Source: Verrucomicrobiota bacterium (GTDB lineage Bacteria > Verrucomicrobiota > Verrucomicrobiia > Verrucomicrobiales > DEV007). Taken from it: a stretch of DNA of 10,704 nt. Under the pieces are notes generated by a model. The model ran no database searches and was not told the origin of the DNA. It saw only the letters and a program-made list of their open reading frames with translations. The position numbers and the translations under genes were made by a program. Of the stretch, positions 6,015 through 10,704 are shown piece by piece. The DNA is taken from assembly GCA_045046875.1 (NCBI GenBank), contig JASFYY010000143.1:1-10704 (forward strand). The letters run 5' to 3'. Position 1 is the first letter of the stretch, and every line of letters starts with the position of its first letter.

Positions 6015-6941
6015 TCAACGAGAAGCCGGTTTAGAAGCATCCTTCGCCACCCCTTCCGCGTCACTATTCCCAAACAAAGGTCCGACGGGCTGGCGAACTT
6101 GCCCCTGTTCTTCCTGCTTTTCAAGTTCTTCCTGACAAGCAACGGTAAATCGTGCAAAAGGAATCGCCTGAAGACGTGCCTGAGGGATCTTTCCACCAGA
6201 CATTTCGCACAAGCCATAAACGCCTTTTTGCACTCTGGCAATCGCTTCTTCGATTTCGTGAAAAGCATCCTGCTCCTGCGATAACAGATTCAATGCAAAA
6301 TCGCGGTCATACGAATCGCTGCCCGCATCGGCCTGGTGCATCCCAAACGCAGAAGAATCTCCTCCACTGGCGGGGGCGCGCAAATTGTCTTTTGTCATGC
6401 CGCTCATTTGACCGATCAAATCATCACGCAAGGCCAACAATTTTTCCTGTTGCTGCCTTACAAAGGGCGACAAACGTAGTTTTTTATTGATACTCGTAGC
6501 CAATTTCTTTTTCTTGGCCGCTGCTGCTTCAGCTACCGCTTGAACCCGAATCGCCGCAGCTTCGCGCTCTGCCTGCAGACGTGCCGCTTTTCTTTCAGCG
6601 ATCTGCTTGGGCGTCATTTTTTTGCGTGCCGTCTTTTTTTTCTTCGGCGCAGCCTTCTTCTTCTTTTTCGCCACTGCCTTTTTCTTTGGCTCAACGACTT
6701 TTTTCACTGCAGCCTTTTTCTTTGGCTCAGCGGCCTTTTTTGCAGCAGTTTTTTTCTTCGCAATGACTTTCTTTTTAACTGTAACTTTTTTCTTTGCCAC
6801 CGTTTTTTTCTTCACAGCGACTTTCTTCTCCGCCACAGCTTTCTTTTTTGCTGGCGCCTTTTTCTTCACCGCAATTTTTTTCTTCACCACTGCTTTTTTA
6901 GCAGGAGCCTTTTTCTTAGCTGTCTTTTTTTTCGAGGGCAT
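6015..6941 (-). CDS. dksA: DksA/TraR family transcription factor with Lys/Ala-rich histone-like N-terminal domain (308 aa)
   Basis: C-terminal half has the coiled coil with acidic tip (MHQADAGSDSYDRDFALNLLSQEQDAFHEIEEAIARV) and the finger-like region YGLCEMSGGKIPQARLQAIPFARFTVACQ. ATG 6941 (MPSKKK) is preferred over the TTG at 6959. Confidence 0.88.
   Translation of the reverse strand: MPSKKKTAKKKAPAKKAVVKKKIAVKKKAPAKKKAVAEKKVAVKKKTVAKKKVTVKKKVIAKKKTAAKKAAEPKKKAAVKKVVEPKKKAVAKKKKKAAPKKKKTARKKMTPKQIAERKAARLQAEREAAAIRVQAVAEAAAAKKKKLATSINKKLRLSPFVRQQQEKLLALRDDLIGQMSGMTKDNLRAPASGGDSSAFGMHQADAGSDSYDRDFALNLLSQEQDAFHEIEEAIARVQKGVYGLCEMSGGKIPQARLQAIPFARFTVACQEELEKQEEQGQVRQPVGPLFGNSDAEGVAKDASKPASR
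6618..6932 (-). repeat. Coding low-complexity tandem repeat, 18-nt (hexapeptide KKKxxx) period
   Basis: 52 Lys in residues 4-108. Twelve consecutive hexapeptides at 6884-6669: KKKIAV KKKAPA KKKAVA EKKVAV KKKTVA KKKVTV KKKVIA KKKTAA KKAAEP KKKAAV KKVVEP KKKAVA. Confidence 0.9.
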
Positions 6942-7086
6942 GGATATAAGATTGGCCAAATATTAAAAATAAACGCTTCATTTGCGTTTTCCCCGCTTCC
7001 CAAAAGCCTTTTAAATGAATGCTTTCGGAACAGGGACGCACTAAATAGATGCTTTTACAAAAAGCCGCAAGGGGAAAAATCGCCCC

Positions 7087-8901
7087 TTATCCAGCCAAAG
7101 GGATCGAAAGACCGTCAAATGGCCAGATTTTGGGAATCATCCAACTCGCCACGATCCACAACAATACCGCCAGCGGAAGCCCTGCGCGAGTGAAGTCCGT
7201 GAACTTATAACCCCCGGCTCCATACACATAAGTATTAGTCTGATAACCGATAGGAGTCACAAAACTCGCGCTCGAAGCAAACATCACCGCCACCACAAAA
7301 GGCCGCGCGTCCACCCCCAATTGGGAGGCCACCCCGATCGCAACCGGTGTCAATAAAGCCGCCACCGCATTATTACTGATCATTTCCGTCAATACCGCTG
7401 ACAACAAATACATCACAACCAGCATCACATGAGGACCGTAATCCCCAAAAACATCCACCGCCTTATAAGCAAAGATCCGCGCTAGATCCGTCTCTTTCAA
7501 CGCCATGCCCAGCCCCAGCATGCCAAAAATCATAAAAATCACCTTCCACTCCACCGCGTCATAAGCCTCTGCCGGATCTATACAACGACTGAGCAAGGCG
7601 ATCAAAACCGCCGCCATCGCCAAAATCGGGATCAAAGCCGGATTCAAAGCCCCACCGATCATGAAAAGCAACAAGGCTCCCAGTGCGATCGGTGCTTTGG
7701 ATCGCCGCAAAGGCTGGTCGGTAGGTTTACTCAGATTGATAAAATCCTTTTCCGCAAACAACTCCTTCATCCTCACCGCCGGCCCCTCCATCAGCAAAGT
7801 GTCGCCAAATTCGAGTTTCACCGCATGGAAACGTTCTTTCAGATTTTCACCGCGCCGATGCACCGCCAGAATCAAAGCTCCAAAACGCTGGCGAAAATTC
7901 AACTCACTGAGACTTTTCCCCACCAATCGCGATTCCGGTCCGATGATGCCCTCCATCAATACCGCCGATTCCGTCTTCACATAGTCCAGACCCAATTCGG
8001 ACTTAGGTAACAAATCGAGCCCCTGGGTAGCACTGATTTCCATCACTCCCGAAGCCCGGGTTTTCAGCAACAGCTGGTCGCCCTCCTCGAACACCATCTC
8101 ATCGAGCGGCGTATTGAGCCGCTCGCCCCCCCGCACCACCTCGATCACCCGGATATTGCGCATTTTGGCCAATGCGGTCTCAGTGAAACGACGATCCACC
8201 AATGGTGAAGACTCGCTCACATAAGCCTGGGTTAAAAATTCGCGCCCCTCCTCGGCGTCAAATAAAGTGGATAAAGTCACCCGGTCAGGCAAAAGCTTGC
8301 GGCCAAAAGTCAGCAAATAAACCAAGGTCACCACAACAAAGATCAAACCCAGACCACTGATTTCAAACATACCAAAAGGCCGCATGCCCTCATCGGCCGC
8401 TATGCCCGAAGCGATCAGATTGGTCGATGTGCCGATAATCGTGCAAGTCCCGCCGACAATCGCCGCGTAAGACAAGGGAATCAGTAAACGTGACGCCTTG
8501 AGGTCGAATTTGCGACAATGCCGCAGCACCAAAGGCAAAAATACCACCACCACCGGCGTATTATTCACAAATGCCGACAAAAAAGCCACCATCACGGCTA
8601 AAACCAACAACACCCGGAACTCACCCGGCCCGGCGATTTTTTCAAATAAACCCGCCAAAGCCTCGATCAAACCCGTGCGCTCCAGAGCCGCGCTCAGAAT
8701 AAACATCGCCGCCACCGTGATCGGGGCGCTGCTGCCGAATATCGACAAAGCGCGATCGCTGTCCATCACCCCCAGCAAAACGAGGAAAACAAAACCGCCC
8801 ATCGCCACCAGATCGGGAGGGAACCATTCCTTCACAAACGCGACAAAAACGGCGATCACCACCAGTCCGGTCACTATCTGTTTCCACAATTCGACGTCCA
8901 T
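7087..8901 (-). CDS. SLC13/DASS-type permease with two TrkA-C (RCK_C) domains (YfbS-like di/tricarboxylate or sulfate transporter, 604 aa)
   Basis: Two hydrophobic halves with LSAFVNNTPVV, GGTCTIIGTSTNL, LTEMISNNAVAALLTP and SFVTPIGYQTNTYVYGAGGYKFTDF, separated by two soluble RCK_C repeats (SSPLVDRR...GDQLLL; ESRLVGKSL...GDTLLMEG). The substrate cannot be determined from sequence. Confidence 0.92.
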   Translation of the reverse strand: MDVELWKQIVTGLVVIAVFVAFVKEWFPPDLVAMGGFVFLVLLGVMDSDRALSIFGSSAPITVAAMFILSAALERTGLIEALAGLFEKIAGPGEFRVLLVLAVMVAFLSAFVNNTPVVVVFLPLVLRHCRKFDLKASRLLIPLSYAAIVGGTCTIIGTSTNLIASGIAADEGMRPFGMFEISGLGLIFVVVTLVYLLTFGRKLLPDRVTLSTLFDAEEGREFLTQAYVSESSPLVDRRFTETALAKMRNIRVIEVVRGGERLNTPLDEMVFEEGDQLLLKTRASGVMEISATQGLDLLPKSELGLDYVKTESAVLMEGIIGPESRLVGKSLSELNFRQRFGALILAVHRRGENLKERFHAVKLEFGDTLLMEGPAVRMKELFAEKDFINLSKPTDQPLRRSKAPIALGALLLFMIGGALNPALIPILAMAAVLIALLSRCIDPAEAYDAVEWKVIFMIFGMLGLGMALKETDLARIFAYKAVDVFGDYGPHVMLVVMYLLSAVLTEMISNNAVAALLTPVAIGVASQLGVDARPFVVAVMFASSASFVTPIGYQTNTYVYGAGGYKFTDFTRAGLPLAVLLWIVASWMIPKIWPFDGLSIPLAG

Positions 8902-8988
8902 TTTTACTGATCAAGGGGATTATCTATATTTTTTGACAGGAAAATTTGATTTACCCGTCCAAATATCACATACAGGGCTATCTTCTCA

Positions 8989-9017
8989 TTGAAGCTGAGA
9001 AAATAAAAATCTATTCT
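8989..9017 (+). promoter_or_regulatory. Possible sigma70-type promoter for cstA
   Basis: TTGAAG (8989-8994), 17 nt, TATTCT (9012-9017); an overlapping TATACT at 9017-9022 is an alternative -10 box. Confidence 0.35.
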
Positions 9018-9057
9018 ATACTGTTTTCAAAAAAATAGTCACCACCCATTTTATCCC

Positions 9058-10704
9058 ATGCCTACCCTTGCTATCGCCCTCGGTTCCCTCGTTCTTTATT
9101 TAGTGGCCTACCACACCTACGGAAGATGGCTCGCCCGCAAAATCTTCAAGCTCGATCCGGATGCCGTCGTGCCCAGTGTAGCGCTCAATGATGACAAGGA
9201 TTTTGTGCCGACCGACAAATCGATCATCTTTGGTCACCACTTCACCTCCATCGCCGGCACCGGCCCGATTGTGGGCCCCGCACTCGCAGTGATCTGGGGA
9301 TGGGTGCCCGCTTTGTTATGGGTCTTGTTTGGTTCGGTGCTGATCGGTGCCGTTCACGACTTCGGTTCACTGGTGGTCTCGATGCGCAACCGGGGACAAA
9401 CCGTCGGCGACATCGCCGGGCGGGTTCTCACTCCGCGCACCCGTGTGCTTTTTCTCTCCATCCTATTCATGGCGCTGACCATTGTGCTGGCTATTTTCGG
9501 ACTGGTGATCGCTGCCGTTTTCAAAGAATACCCCGCATCGATTTTCCCTTGCCTGGTGCAAATCCCCATCGCGGTGGTCATCGGCACCATGCTGCACCGT
9601 CGCGGAGTCAACATTCTCATCCCCTCCCTGCTCGCCTTGGCCGTGATGTATCTTACCGTTTATTACGGTAACCAAGGATTTTTACTGGCCTTCAACGAAA
9701 CTCTTGCGTCCTGGTCCATCATCACCTGGTGCGCGGTACTGCTGATCTATTCTTACGTCGCATCCGTACTGCCCGTCTGGTCACTGCTGCAGCCACGTGA
9801 CTACATCAACAGCCTGCAGTTGCTCAGCGCACTCGGCCTGGTCGTCATCGGCCTGGTCGTCGCTGCCTTCAATGGCGGTGCCCCGCTACCCGAAACCGGC
9901 GAATCTCTGCCTTTGGAAATTGTCGCCCCTGCTTTTAATCTGCACCCGCAAGGCGCCCCCTTCATCTTCCCCTTCCTATTCATCACCATCGCCTGCGGAG
10001 CCATCAGTGGGTTTCATTGCCTCGTTTCCAGCGGCACCTCCAGCAAGCAGATCAAATGCGAAACCGATGCCCAGTTTGTCGGTTATGGATCTATGCTCAC
10101 CGAAGGTTTCCTCGCCGTGCTGGTCATCCTCGCCTGTGTCGCCGGCCTAGGTCTCGGCAGCTCCAACCCCGATCCCGATAGCAGCACCACTATTCTCACC
10201 GGAGCCGATGCTTATGCCGCCCGCTATTCTTCATGGGGTGCCTCCAGTGGCCTGATCGCCAAAGTCGGCGCTTTTGTCGAAGGCTCCGCCAATTTTCTCA
10301 AAGCTCTCGGCCTGCCCGGTGGTTTTGCGGTTGCTCTGATGGGCGTTTTTGTCGCCTCCTTCGCCGCCACCACCCTCGACACCGCCTGCCGTTTGCAGCG
10401 CTACGTGGTACAGGAACTGGCTGCCACCTTTGTCCCACGCAAGGACCCGAACACCACTGAAAAACCCGCTTTCAACCCGTTCCGCTGGCTTACGAACAAA
10501 CACGGCGCGACCATTTTTGCCATTGTCATCGCCGGCCTCATTGCCGCCCTGCCCGCACCTGGCAAAGAGTGGACAATGGAAAACGCCGGCAAAGGCGGGC
10601 TGATTCTCTGGCCGCTTTTTGGTGTCACCAACCAGTTGCTCGGCGGCCTCGCTTTTCTGGTCATCACCTTCTGGATGTGGCGACGCAACCTACCTATCTG
10701 GTTC
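9058..10704 (+). CDS. cstA: Carbon starvation protein A family transporter (peptide/pyruvate), 3' end outside the window
   Basis: Manual translation from ATG 9058: MPTLAIALGSLVLYLVAYHTYGRWLARKIF...DFVPTDKSIIFGHHFTSIAGTGPIVGP...GWVPALLWVLFGSVLIGAVHDF...LPVWSLLQPRDYINS...LFITIACGAISGFHCLVSSGTSSKQ...TTLDTACRLQRY...LWPLFGVTNQLL. The frame stays open to the window edge (549 codons), so the ORF track omits it. Confidence 0.95.
   Translation, partial: MPTLAIALGSLVLYLVAYHTYGRWLARKIFKLDPDAVVPSVALNDDKDFVPTDKSIIFGHHFTSIAGTGPIVGPALAVIWGWVPALLWVLFGSVLIGAVHDFGSLVVSMRNRGQTVGDIAGRVLTPRTRVLFLSILFMALTIVLAIFGLVIAAVFKEYPASIFPCLVQIPIAVVIGTMLHRRGVNILIPSLLALAVMYLTVYYGNQGFLLAFNETLASWSIITWCAVLLIYSYVASVLPVWSLLQPRDYINSLQLLSALGLVVIGLVVAAFNGGAPLPETGESLPLEIVAPAFNLHPQGAPFIFPFLFITIACGAISGFHCLVSSGTSSKQIKCETDAQFVGYGSMLTEGFLAVLVILACVAGLGLGSSNPDPDSSTTILTGADAYAARYSSWGASSGLIAKVGAFVEGSANFLKALGLPGGFAVALMGVFVASFAATTLDTACRLQRYVVQELAATFVPRKDPNTTEKPAFNPFRWLTNKHGATIFAIVIAGLIAALPAPGKEWTMENAGKGGLILWPLFGVTNQLLGGLAFLVITFWMWRRNLPIWF

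Noticed and set aside
5987..6268. 93-aa alternate-frame ORF overlapping the dksA 3' end, containing CAKC
   Set aside because: Out-of-frame overlap with a conserved coding region, with no family resemblance or initiation signal.
6669..6884. 18-nt periodicity as a possible CRISPR array or non-coding satellite
   Set aside because: The units are degenerate at the DNA level, lack a repeat-spacer structure, and are fully explained by the encoded hexapeptide repeat.
6607..6966. 119-aa Phe-rich ORF on the + strand (also the ORFs at 6540-7193 and 6581-6766)
   Set aside because: It is the antisense shadow of the dksA Lys repeat: AAA/AAG codons read as T-rich codons on the other strand.
8933..8938. 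Perfect TTGACA -35 hexamer upstream of cstA
   Set aside because: There is no -10-like hexamer 16-18 nt downstream (CGTCCA at 17 nt).
9300..10688. Several short ORFs in the track on both strands
   Set aside because: All are alternate-frame or antisense shadows of the continuous cstA frame starting at 9058.

Overview
A housekeeping region of a bacterial chromosome, about 50% GC. The long GreA, the 2-Cys DksA, the rpmG-rpsR pair and a TIGR04073-like protein point to the PVC superphylum, probably Verrucomicrobiota (inference). In coordinate order it holds: a truncated hypothetical CDS (-), ftsB/divIC-like (-), eno (-), a 616-aa GreA (-), a secreted TIGR04073-like protein (+), folE2 (-), rpsR (-), rpmG (-, missing from the ORF track), a DksA/TraR protein with a Lys-rich histone-like N-terminus (-), an SLC13/TrkA-C permease (-) and a truncated cstA (+, missing from the ORF track). 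I see no mobile element, CRISPR array, tRNA or rRNA. The main leads are: (i) four consecutive genes (dksA, rpmG, rpsR, folE2) that all encode zinc-free forms of families that also have zinc-binding forms; (ii) two RNA polymerase secondary-channel factors with large N-terminal additions, one resembling the PcrA/UvrD Tudor domain and one a KKKxxx repeat; (iii) an exposed Shine-Dalgarno (SD) sequence only at rpsR, in a window of mostly SD-less starts; (iv) several structured intergenic leaders. All family assignments come from motif recognition by eye, not database searches.
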